From a virus (Duplodnaviria > Caudoviricetes): a stretch of 46,113 nucleotides of DNA. Both the position numbers and the translations under genes were made by a program. Under the pieces are notes generated by a model, which saw only the letters and a program-made list of their open reading frames with translations, was not told the DNA's origin and searched no databases. Numbering within the stretch: position 1 is the stretch's first letter; every line of letters starts with the position of its first letter. Below, piece after piece: positions 25,166 to 33,891 of this stretch. The stretch lies in the IMG/VR virus record IMGVR_UViG_3300017903_000263, positions 1 through 46,113 of that record. One strand, given 5' to 3'.

Positions 25166-27291
25166 TATGCGATCTGACTGATGAAGTTGTTCAGGATGAC
25201 TTTGTTGTTTTGTTTTGTCTTGAGCATCTTGCGGAATGCAGCACGAACAGCAGTCTTGGAAGAACCAGCATCCACGTCAAGTGTTGCTTCTTGGGTAGGA
25301 GTTTTTCCAGACATCACATACAGAGCATCATATGCAAGAGGGTTAGGAAGAATAACAGATTTAGTTTTCTTCCAATCCTTATACAATTTATCAAGTCCGT
25401 CTGCAGAATCGACACAATAGCGACGATAAAAACTAGAGAGACCTGATCCACCATCAAGGAGACGGATGCCCATGACATTGACACTGGGGTGAGTTTCTTT
25501 CAAGTTGTTGATGAACACGTTTGTCTGCTCAGTCCATCCATCCAGTCGGTTGTAGGTGCGACCGAGTTTTCTGTCACGCAGAACTACATCACCACCATCA
25601 ATGCGGCGACCAACAACATGGGGTTCTTCATCATGATACTGAACTTCACAACCATAGGTAGAACTACAAGATTCTCCGTCAGTCAGAATGCAAAGGTTGA
25701 TGTTGCTGACACCAGAAGTCTTTTTAAACTCAGGAATGATTGACTTCATCACAAGAATAGATTCGTTGAGAGGAGTGCCAGACAGACCCATACCAATGGT
25801 TTGCTGATAACCAACATAGTAACAAATAGTAGAAACTTCACGGAACATGTTGATACACTGACGTTCCCAGTTCTTAGAGTTAGAACGAGACGAAAGAATG
25901 TTCATCATGCGGAAGTAAGACTTACTGACATACACCTCATTCTTCTTCAGGTTGGCGCGATCATCATAGTAATCATCTTTGTTAGTCTCAACGCAGTTGT
26001 TGATTGCACGTTCTGCAGTTCTCCACTCATTGGTGAATGCATACACTTCAAAGGGGATCTGAACTTTCTTGCAGAACATACACAAGATCATCAGTTGCTT
26101 GAGAGTGGGCATCAAAGTGGTGCCCATAGAACCAGACCAGTCAAGAATAAACAACAGACCATGGTTCTTGCCCTCAGGAAGGATGGTCACTTTCTTAAAC
26201 AAATCATCGCTGTACTTGTAAGTATGAAGTACACCACAATCAAGCACACCAGTGCGAGAAGTCATTGAACGAGAGTATGCTTCTGCTGCTTTCTTGCACT
26301 CAAATTCCTTGACAAGATAGTTGACTTCTTTCTGCACAGACTTCTTGAAATCTTTGTACTGAGAGTCTACCCAATCATAGACAGACTTGTCTTCGGAAGA
26401 ACACTCATCGATCCAGTTGTGAATCGTATTCCAATCAACGACATACTCAGAAGGATTAATAGTAGGAATGTCCACATACTTAATGCGGTCAAATGATTTG
26501 CTGCTAAGAGTCTGAGAAGAGGAATCAAAGTTTGACTGAGTATCAGACTCAGCAATATCACTACCTCCGATACCAGGACCTTCTTCTAGCTCTTCTTCAA
26601 TCCACTCATCATAATTAGTTGTATCTTCACCAAGATCAGGACGACCTTCCTGTTGCTGCTCAGGTATTTCGCCATCGGTGCTTTGGGTTTCAGACGGAGA
26701 AGATCCACCATCGCTACCAGACTGAGGAACATTAGCGAGTTCCTCCATCTTTTTTTGTTCTGCTTTAGCGAACTCCCAGATTTTTTTTGCTGCTGCAACT
26801 GCTTCATCGAAGGTCTCTGCTGCTGCAGTCATGGTAACAAATTCTTGCTCCTCGTCGGAGAAAGGAATGATGATCGAAGCACCGATCTTGAAGTGCAGGT
26901 TGATTCGATCAATAAGTTTCAAGGCATCAAGGTTCTCACCTTCAACGCCAAAGAAGTCATCTTCATGCATCTCACGATACCCATTGAAGAATGCTTTGCG
27001 AAGACCAGGATAGCGACGCTTCATCAACTTCTCGATGCGAGCATCCTCAGTCACATTTACATAATCTTTCGGACAATCAAAGTCGCCCCATGAATCTGTG
27101 TAGAGAGCGTGTCCGACTTCATGACCAACCAGCAGATCATAGACTGTAGAGGATGCACGATCCCACTTAGGCAGAGTCAGAATACGATTGTTGACATCAA
27201 AGGAAGCAGTGGAGCAGCTGCGATGCTCTACCACAAGGTTCTCAGTGGCAAGCAGTTTGGCAAGGTTGCCTTTAATCTCTTGGGTCAGCAT
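25165..27291 (-). CDS. HEXXH metallopeptidase-like / vWA domain protein (CobT-like partner)
   Basis: GHEVGHAL...NVTEDARIE; acidic linker; MIDAS LDWSGSM, GTPLNE, LTDGES; start MLTQEIK. Confidence 0.85.
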   Translation of the reverse strand: MLTQEIKGNLAKLLATENLVVEHRSCSTASFDVNNRILTLPKWDRASSTVYDLLVGHEVGHALYTDSWGDFDCPKDYVNVTEDARIEKLMKRRYPGLRKAFFNGYREMHEDDFFGVEGENLDALKLIDRINLHFKIGASIIIPFSDEEQEFVTMTAAAETFDEAVAAAKKIWEFAKAEQKKMEELANVPQSGSDGGSSPSETQSTDGEIPEQQQEGRPDLGEDTTNYDEWIEEELEEGPGIGGSDIAESDTQSNFDSSSQTLSSKSFDRIKYVDIPTINPSEYVVDWNTIHNWIDECSSEDKSVYDWVDSQYKDFKKSVQKEVNYLVKEFECKKAAEAYSRSMTSRTGVLDCGVLHTYKYSDDLFKKVTILPEGKNHGLLFILDWSGSMGTTLMPTLKQLMILCMFCKKVQIPFEVYAFTNEWRTAERAINNCVETNKDDYYDDRANLKKNEVYVSKSYFRMMNILSSRSNSKNWERQCINMFREVSTICYYVGYQQTIGMGLSGTPLNESILVMKSIIPEFKKTSGVSNINLCILTDGESCSSTYGCEVQYHDEEPHVVGRRIDGGDVVLRDRKLGRTYNRLDGWTEQTNVFINNLKETHPSVNVMGIRLLDGGSGLSSFYRRYCVDSADGLDKLYKDWKKTKSVILPNPLAYDALYVMSGKTPTQEATLDVDAGSSKTAVRAAFRKMLKTKQNNKVILNNFISQIA

Positions 27292-27299
27292 GGCGTCTC

Positions 27300-27464
27300 T
27301 CAGTTGATACACATACTATAAGACCCCTGGCGGGGTTTGCCAGAGGTCAGTAGACGGTTCTTCAAATGTCTACGGCGTTGTTTACTTGCGCGGATTCGTC
27401 CTTTACAAGTACCCTTGCCGTGTTTGTCTTTATTAGAGTGGTGCTGCCAGTTTGGCGTAGTCAT
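27300..27464 (-). CDS. Small basic hypothetical protein (54 aa), not in the ORF track
   Basis: MTTPNWQHHSNKDKHGKGTCKGRIRASKQRRRHLKNRL...; the PNWQHHS N-terminus is recalled from cyanophage ORFs at this locus. Confidence 0.6.
   Translation of the reverse strand: MTTPNWQHHSNKDKHGKGTCKGRIRASKQRRRHLKNRLLTSGKPRQGSYSMCIN
27315..27373 (-). promoter_or_regulatory. Early/middle-type promoter with upstream palindrome
   Basis: GTAGAC-N12-GTCTAC, then N29, then TATAGT. Confidence 0.6.
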
Positions 27465-27496
27465 TGTTCCAAGGTAAGTGTATACAATATATACAC

Positions 27497-27520
27497 AAAA
27501 GGGAGACCCGAAGACCCCCC
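27497..27520 (-). terminator. Hairpin terminator after the oxygenase gene
   Basis: GGGGGGTC-TTCG-GGTCTCCC-TTTT. Confidence 0.7.
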
Positions 27521-27530
27521 TGTGACACTA

Positions 27531-28163
27531 CTAGTATTGGAACGTGCTGTCCTGCATACCCACATCACCTTTAGGCATAACGTTAAATGCTAAGGCGTTG
27601 CGAGTCCATTCAGACTTGTGCTTCAGAACCTTATGCCTCAGATCACTAGGGAACAAAAGGATCATGGCTTTCTCTGGTGTAAAGTTCCAACAATAAGAAT
27701 TAAAGAAATTAAATTCCATCGTCTGAACACATATGTTAGAAGGATTAGCATCAGCAAACTGAATTGCAGAACTTCCCTCATCATATTCACCATAGTAGAT
27801 GATACCACTCAACCAGGAATTGCTGTGCATGTGTTCTTCACAGAATCCACCTTCATATGTTCTAGTAAACCACGAGGTTGTAAACTGAACATCACAAAGA
27901 TATCCCATTGTCTTGATAGCATAATCAAGAACGATGTTATACAATTGTTCTTTTACTTTTTCATTCAGGTCAAGAACATTTTTTTGTGCTGTTACAGCAC
28001 CATTAGTTCCATCACTACCATCATCTTCCCTCCATTCACACTGAAGTGCCATTTCCTGAAGGTCTAAACACATTTCATCAGGAACGTGATGGAGGGAAAC
28101 TGCCTTCGCAAACAGAGGGAATATCTCCCATCCATCATTTGTTCTAAGACTTGGATATGTCAT
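27531..28163 (-). CDS. Putative 2OG-Fe(II) oxygenase (TIGR02466-like)
   Basis: HMHSNSWLSGIIY, LFPSDLRHKV, RNALAFN. Confidence 0.85.
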   Translation of the reverse strand: MTYPSLRTNDGWEIFPLFAKAVSLHHVPDEMCLDLQEMALQCEWREDDGSDGTNGAVTAQKNVLDLNEKVKEQLYNIVLDYAIKTMGYLCDVQFTTSWFTRTYEGGFCEEHMHSNSWLSGIIYYGEYDEGSSAIQFADANPSNICVQTMEFNFFNSYCWNFTPEKAMILLFPSDLRHKVLKHKSEWTRNALAFNVMPKGDVGMQDSTFQY

Positions 28164-29887
28164 TCGTCAGCAATTGTTTCACGTACTACAGAGAAGTTTT
28201 TCACCTTCTCAACATTAAGTGTTCTGTCGTACTTGTCAACCATCTGCTCTTTATGAGAGATAACAAATACATTTGTGTTGTCATCAAAGTTTCTAAGAAT
28301 CCAACCAAGGTCACTACCACCCTGCTGGTCAAGAGAACCATCAAAGATCTCATCTAGAATAAGGAGGTTAGTATCGACGCTATTCTTAAGTTTAGCAATG
28401 CTTCGCCAAGTAAGCAGAAGAGCAATATCAATACGAGCTTTCTCTCCTTCGCTGAAAGAAGCATAGGAAAACTGATCTCGGTATCTAGATTTAATAGTTT
28501 CCTCAAAATTTTCATCAAGACTAAAGTTAACGTAAAACTCCATACCCTGAAGATACTGATTAATCAGCTTGTTCATCGTGGGTAGATACTTCTTGATAAT
28601 TCTAGTCTTAATTCCATTATCTTTTAACAATTGAGAGGCAACACTTAACACATCTTTATCTCGCTTGGAGTCTGTCAACTGGAGGTTGAGTTCTTTTTTC
28701 TCCCCAACCATTTTCTCCAGTTTAGTGTATGCCTCTTTCTTATCCCCGCCACCAGACTCTAGGTCTTTGATCTCCTTCTCCACACCAAGGATAGACTTGC
28801 GAATCTGATTGATAGCAAAGTTTGCTTGGGAAATAGTATTGTTGCTAGTGGTGATTTCAGAAGATAGTTCGTTCCACTTAGTAAAACGTTTCTCTTCTTC
28901 ACCAATAGCAGCAAGAAGTTCATTGTACCCTAGAGTCATTTCATCTAGTTTGTTCTTACCAGATGCAATTTTGTCAAGTCTAAAATCTTCAGACAAGTCC
29001 TGTGTACACGTAGGACACACATGATTATCCTCAAAGAACTCATGTTCTTTTTGGCATGTTTGGATTTTAGAACTTACTTTAATAAGAAATGTGTTTAGTT
29101 TCTTAAGTTTGTCTGAAGATGTTGAATACTCAGCGATCTGTTCGTTGAGTTGTTCGATAACATCACTTGTTTCTTTAATAGAAGCATGATGTTTGTTTTC
29201 TTCTTCCAATAAACTAGCAATCTTCTCTTCTTTGTTGGAGATGTCTGCCTTATTTTTCTTATCAAGTTCTAACAAATAGTTCTTCTGGAGTTCGATCTTC
29301 TCTTTCAGGAGATCAATCTGATAATCAAACTCTTTGAGTTCTTCATTGTTTTCACGAATCTTGTCCTTAAGAAGGACATTCATCGTAGAGAAGATTTGAA
29401 TATCCAGAATGTCTTCGATGATCTCACGGCGTTGAGCAACAGGGAGTCTCATGAACGGAACGAACGTCGATGAACCGAGAACTACAATCTGAGTAAATGA
29501 TTTGTAATTCATCTTGAGTACGTTCTGCTCAAGATTCTTCTGCTGATCTACTGCCGTGCTTTCTTGATTCCAAAGTTGGTCATTGCAATAGATTTCAAAC
29601 TTGGCGGGTTTGATACCACGAACAACTTTATACTGGTTTCTACCAATGCTGAATTCGATCTCAGTATGACAATCCTTTTCATTGATGCTGTTGACCAGCA
29701 TCGGTTTGTTGATCTTACGAAAAGGTTTGCCAAACAAAGCAAAGGTGAGAGCATCCAAGATGGTACTCTTACCTGCGCCGTTCTCACCAACGATCAAATT
29801 GGTTTTGTTTTTACGAATATCAACTTCGGTGAAGACGTTCCCTGTAGACAAGAAATTCTTCCAACGAATTTTTTCAAATACAATCAT
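28160..29887 (-). CDS. gp46: Recombination endonuclease ATPase subunit (SbcC/Rad50-like, T4 gp46)
   Basis: GENGAGKS, zinc hook CPTC, FSEGEKARID, ILDEIFD. Confidence 0.96.
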   Translation of the reverse strand: MIVFEKIRWKNFLSTGNVFTEVDIRKNKTNLIVGENGAGKSTILDALTFALFGKPFRKINKPMLVNSINEKDCHTEIEFSIGRNQYKVVRGIKPAKFEIYCNDQLWNQESTAVDQQKNLEQNVLKMNYKSFTQIVVLGSSTFVPFMRLPVAQRREIIEDILDIQIFSTMNVLLKDKIRENNEELKEFDYQIDLLKEKIELQKNYLLELDKKNKADISNKEEKIASLLEEENKHHASIKETSDVIEQLNEQIAEYSTSSDKLKKLNTFLIKVSSKIQTCQKEHEFFEDNHVCPTCTQDLSEDFRLDKIASGKNKLDEMTLGYNELLAAIGEEEKRFTKWNELSSEITTSNNTISQANFAINQIRKSILGVEKEIKDLESGGGDKKEAYTKLEKMVGEKKELNLQLTDSKRDKDVLSVASQLLKDNGIKTRIIKKYLPTMNKLINQYLQGMEFYVNFSLDENFEETIKSRYRDQFSYASFSEGEKARIDIALLLTWRSIAKLKNSVDTNLLILDEIFDGSLDQQGGSDLGWILRNFDDNTNVFVISHKEQMVDKYDRTLNVEKVKNFSVVRETIADE

Positions 29888-30153
29888 GCAATGATATCTT
29901 CAGGGGGAATCAATAGATCATCTGGAGTAATTATAGCATACTTTTGGTCTCTGTCCTCACATGCTGTGACAATTACTTCCTCGTCAACTTCTGTTATGTC
30001 AAGCGGAATTTTCTTCTCAGTAAGATCATGCATCAGAATGTTATATCTTTCAGCATCATCATACTCCTGGAACAAAGGAATGACTTGTTCACCCACATCA
30101 TTTACCAGGGAAAACACGCCAGTCTCTTGTCCGTGGAGTGTGAGAATGTACAT
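29884..30153 (-). CDS. Hypothetical protein, DUF3110-like
   Basis: LFQEYDDAERY and IITPDDLLIPP motifs. Confidence 0.7.
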   Translation of the reverse strand: MYILTLHGQETGVFSLVNDVGEQVIPLFQEYDDAERYNILMHDLTEKKIPLDITEVDEEVIVTACEDRDQKYAIITPDDLLIPPEDIIA

Positions 30154-31196
30154 TAGGCGATTTCGCAGCTTTCAATATATAGAGATTTCATAAGTGACTT
30201 AAGGTCATTTTTGTTTACGGACATCTCCACTTCGTCGATATACTCGCTCAGAAGAGTCATCGTATCCTTTACCTCAACATCTGTATCTCCGTCGCTTAGA
30301 TCTTCTTCTAGGAGGGTCTCAGCGATCTTTACATCATGGACACCTACGTTGTAAAGACGATCAACCAATGTCTCGAACATATGGTAGTCAGTTTTGTTTT
30401 CAACGACAATCTTAATGTACTTGTCTTTATAATGCAGCACATCTTGTTTGTTGTAGTCCACACTGGTGTCATCATAGAAGATCTTCTCGAAGATATCATA
30501 CGGATTTGCGATAAACTTAAGTCGATCACTTTCAGTATCGTAGATATGGAAACCGCGAGTGTCTTTATAATCATTCCAGAACATCTGATAGGGGTTGCCA
30601 AGATATTGGACATTGCCTTTCTTGGATTTGTGATGGAAGTGTCCAGACCACACACGTTTGAAGCGATGGAATAGTTTGGGATCCATTCCATGATCCATCT
30701 TCATGCCAGGCGTAATTTCAAACCCATCCAGTTCAAGATGACCACAACAGATATCTGCTTCGCTGGTTTCTAGTCTACGGAAAATATCTTCCTGGTTCTC
30801 TTTGTTGATCCAAGGAAGCATCAAGAATACTTTCTTACCCATGAGAATTTCCTTGGGTTCAGAATAGATTCTGATATTCTTATACTGCTCCAGAAGAAGT
30901 TCTGGAGAGTTGATGCGATTGGTGTTCTTGTAATACGTGCAGTGGTTGCCCAGCAGCATGTGAACTTCATAGTCCTTTAGTCTCTCGAAATAATTTTCAC
31001 GAACGCGGTGAAAAGTATTAAAGTCCATAGACTTTCGATTATCAAATGTGTCGCCCAGATCAAAGATGACGTGGACACCTTCTTTTTCAAGCGTTGGAAA
31101 AAATACATCGTCGTAAAACTTTTGAAAGTATTCCCAGAACGCTAGAGAACCTTTGCGTCCGTCGAGATGTTGGTCTGTAATTAGAGCGATCTTCAT
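30153..31196 (-). CDS. gp47: Recombination endonuclease nuclease subunit (SbcD/Mre11-like, T4 gp47)
   Basis: ITDQH, LGDTFD, LGNH, GHLE, SGHFH. Confidence 0.96.
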   Translation of the reverse strand: MKIALITDQHLDGRKGSLAFWEYFQKFYDDVFFPTLEKEGVHVIFDLGDTFDNRKSMDFNTFHRVRENYFERLKDYEVHMLLGNHCTYYKNTNRINSPELLLEQYKNIRIYSEPKEILMGKKVFLMLPWINKENQEDIFRRLETSEADICCGHLELDGFEITPGMKMDHGMDPKLFHRFKRVWSGHFHHKSKKGNVQYLGNPYQMFWNDYKDTRGFHIYDTESDRLKFIANPYDIFEKIFYDDTSVDYNKQDVLHYKDKYIKIVVENKTDYHMFETLVDRLYNVGVHDVKIAETLLEEDLSDGDTDVEVKDTMTLLSEYIDEVEMSVNKNDLKSLMKSLYIESCEIA

Positions 31197-31420
31197 TGTG
31201 GTTTATGATCCTTCATGCCGTCATGGTTACCATCGCCTGGCAGTTTGCCATATGCCAAGTATTCCACTGCTTGAACAGATCCTTCTAGTCTAATCAGATC
31301 TCTTTCAATGCGTTCATATTCATAATGAGCATCCTGCAGTTCCTGTAGTCTATCAACTAGTTGTTCAGTTCGCTTGTCAAAACGCTCAAGCAATTGTTCG
31401 TAATTCTCAGTCGGTTTCAT
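31193..31420 (-). CDS. Small coiled-coil hypothetical protein
   Basis: ATGA overlaps at both ends. Confidence 0.7.
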   Translation of the reverse strand: MKPTENYEQLLERFDKRTEQLVDRLQELQDAHYEYERIERDLIRLEGSVQAVEYLAYGKLPGDGNHDGMKDHKPQ

Positions 31421-31911
31421 CGGTTCATACGGGTTTCAATGTTTTCTTTAATACTACCCATGTCAGAATAGGAAGCATTCATTCCTGCCATGTCTCCTTC
31501 ATAACGTTCGGTATACATGACTTCTTGGTATCCAGACTTCTCAAGAATCTTACCCTTGATTTCAAGTTGTTTCTTTTCTTTCTGGATGCGACGCAAGAAG
31601 GCATAGTAAATGATCTGCGTGAAATAAGCAAAAGGATTGGAACTCTTCTCGGGATCAAAGTTATCAATGTACTGCAAGCAATTTTCAATTCCGTCACAGA
31701 TCATGTCCTCACGGAACATGTAGTTGACAAAGTTAGGTTTGTAGGAGAGGTGTGTAGCAATCTTCAGAAAACACTCACCAAGGTAATTGGTGACACGAGG
31801 ACGTTCAGTCCCTGCTTCTGCTGCTGCTCGCACCTTCTTACGATACTCAACAATCGCTGCCAAGAATTCTTTGTTATTAACGTAATACTCTTTGTTCTTA
31901 GTCCTTGACAT
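31417..31911 (-). CDS. gp55: Late transcription sigma factor (T4 gp55)
   Basis: YVNNKEFL, NFVNYMFREDMICDGIENC, NPFAYFTQI; start at MSRTKN, downstream of the -10 box. Confidence 0.95.
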   Translation of the reverse strand: MSRTKNKEYYVNNKEFLAAIVEYRKKVRAAAEAGTERPRVTNYLGECFLKIATHLSYKPNFVNYMFREDMICDGIENCLQYIDNFDPEKSSNPFAYFTQIIYYAFLRRIQKEKKQLEIKGKILEKSGYQEVMYTERYEGDMAGMNASYSDMGSIKENIETRMNR

Positions 31912-31935
31912 GCTTTTGCTTTGTTTCCTGACACT

Positions 31936-31964
31936 AGTATAAGTGATCTCAGACAATCTGTCAA
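31936..31964 (-). promoter_or_regulatory. Sigma70 promoter of gp55
   Basis: TTGACA-N17-TATACT. Confidence 0.85.
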
Positions 31965-31970
31965 TAGGGC

Positions 31971-31999
31971 TTGACAGAACCTCAGAAACTCAGTACAAT
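31971..31999 (+). promoter_or_regulatory. Divergent (antisense) sigma70 promoter
   Basis: TTGACA-N17-TACAAT on the plus strand. Confidence 0.6.
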
Positions 32000-32034
32000 A
32001 ACTCTGTCAAGGGTTCAAAAGATAACTGTATCTA

Positions 32035-32424
32035 TTAGCTTCTTTTAAATAGTGATTCTAGATTCTTTCTCACTTCTTCTACTGAACCTACATAACCATT
32101 GTTCTTGAGTTTCTTTGTCTCTACATTAAACTCACCATCATCTTCTTCTAGATTACCTAGATAGAATCTTTTGATTCTTTCATCACACTCACTCATAGTA
32201 ACTATCTGTTCCATCTTCACTATGAACATATCTTCGTAAGATGATTTAATCCATTCCTTAAGAACAAATCCTTCTACACGTTTACCATTCTTTTTAGAGA
32301 CATGAGTTTCAACAACCATTGGTTTCTCTACTAGTAAAGAATCTTCTTCAGGTAAGTAACATACCTTTGCTACAAGTTCTTCACCAGTAGATAATTTTAT
32401 TGTTGAATAAAATTCTTCTTCCAT
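32035..32424 (-). CDS. Conserved hypothetical protein (Sm-like pattern)
   Basis: STIKLSTGEELVAKV...LLVEKPMVV...KEWI. Confidence 0.8.
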   Translation of the reverse strand: MEEEFYSTIKLSTGEELVAKVCYLPEEDSLLVEKPMVVETHVSKKNGKRVEGFVLKEWIKSSYEDMFIVKMEQIVTMSECDERIKRFYLGNLEEDDGEFNVETKKLKNNGYVGSVEEVRKNLESLFKRS

Positions 32425-33891
32425 TTATTTTCTAAGATCTACTTTTAGTTTTTCATATTTGAAATTCTCTTCTTGATAGATCTTCACTCTTTCGTATAGA
32501 TGTCTTAAAGTGTAATTAGATCTTTTATCGTTAGAGATATCATCAGCAATATCATAAAGTGTTGCTATATCTTTTCCTTCTCCCTTCCTCAAGACTCTAC
32601 CAATAGATTGTAGATTACGAACTCTAGACTTAGAAGGTGATGCGAAGATAATATTGTGTAAACGTTTGATGTTGATACCAGTAGAGAAAGTTCCGTATGA
32701 TGCGATAATGACAGCGTTGTCTTCCTTTTCAGCAATCTCTCGAACTTCTTCTCTGGAGTCTACATCAACTGAACCATGAACGAAAAATACTTTTCTTTCG
32801 TCCCCTACAACGTTATTTATCAACTCATATAATGGTTCACCATGCTTTTCCACATAGTTGAAAAGAACCAGGGTATTGCCTTTTAGATCTGCAACCAAAT
32901 TTTTGATCAGATTGTTTCTCTTTTGACAAGTGACAAGGTACTCCATCTCAGCATGGTAGTCCTCAAAGTATTGATACTCATGCTTGCACATAAGGATCTT
33001 GATACGGAAGTTAGAAAGGTATCCTTTCTTGATAAGATCATCCGTCTTAGTTACTTTCTCGCATGAACCAAAGAGTCCTTCCAACACCCACTTGTGTGTC
33101 TTACTGCCATCCAACGTACCAGTGAATCCGAATCGGTACTTGGCATTATGCAGTTTAGTCATGATACCAGTCAGACTCTTTGACTTAAATAGATGTGCTT
33201 CATCACCGATAACACACTCAATGTCATCGAAGTATCTCTTGGGAAATTTATAGATTGATTGCCAGGTAGAGATGACAACTGGTTTATCAGTATTCTTATC
33301 TTTGCCCGAATAAATGGTGTGACAATAGTCCTCGGCATTCCATCCATAGTCTTTGAAATCTTTAATCATCTGCTCTACCAAAGATGTGGTAGGGACTACC
33401 AGCAGAATCTTTTTCTTGGTAGCAACGTAATATCTTACGATGCTGTAAATCATAAGCGATTTACCAGATCCTGTCGGTGACAAGAATAACCCTCTATTGT
33501 TTTTGAGTGCCTGGTAAACTGTATTATATTGATAGTCTCTAGGTTGATATTTAGAGATCTTATCCATGAAGACTTTTACGCCACCCTTTGACACAAAGTC
33601 ATTGGACTCCTCCGCTTCGCCATACCATTCATTCTCTTCATACTCAATGCTGTAACGTTTTTCTTTTGCCCATACTTTTAGGTGGTTTAGCAACCCACCA
33701 TAAAGTTCGCCTGTACCTGGGGAGTACAGACGAATCATGCCATCCCAGTATTTGAATCTGGGTTGCCTCTTTAGAAATTTTGCTTCTGGTAATTCAAAAG
33801 AGAAGTAGTCAGATAGTTCATGGTGAATATGAGGTTCTGACTTGAGTGTCAGATAAACCTCATTCTTCTTCTTTACAACGATGTCGGACAT
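32425..33891 (-). CDS. uvsW: SF2 helicase UvsW
   Basis: PRDYQ, SPTGSGKS, GDEAH, TGT, QSIGRVLR. Confidence 0.95.
   Translation of the reverse strand: MSDIVVKKKNEVYLTLKSEPHIHHELSDYFSFELPEAKFLKRQPRFKYWDGMIRLYSPGTGELYGGLLNHLKVWAKEKRYSIEYEENEWYGEAEESNDFVSKGGVKVFMDKISKYQPRDYQYNTVYQALKNNRGLFLSPTGSGKSLMIYSIVRYYVATKKKILLVVPTTSLVEQMIKDFKDYGWNAEDYCHTIYSGKDKNTDKPVVISTWQSIYKFPKRYFDDIECVIGDEAHLFKSKSLTGIMTKLHNAKYRFGFTGTLDGSKTHKWVLEGLFGSCEKVTKTDDLIKKGYLSNFRIKILMCKHEYQYFEDYHAEMEYLVTCQKRNNLIKNLVADLKGNTLVLFNYVEKHGEPLYELINNVVGDERKVFFVHGSVDVDSREEVREIAEKEDNAVIIASYGTFSTGINIKRLHNIIFASPSKSRVRNLQSIGRVLRKGEGKDIATLYDIADDISNDKRSNYTLRHLYERVKIYQEENFKYEKLKVDLRK

Noticed and set aside
24721-25446. 241-aa plus-strand ORF across the cobS/peptidase junction, and the other plus-strand ORFs in the track
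   Set aside because: All lie antisense to well-supported minus-strand genes and have no protein-like motifs
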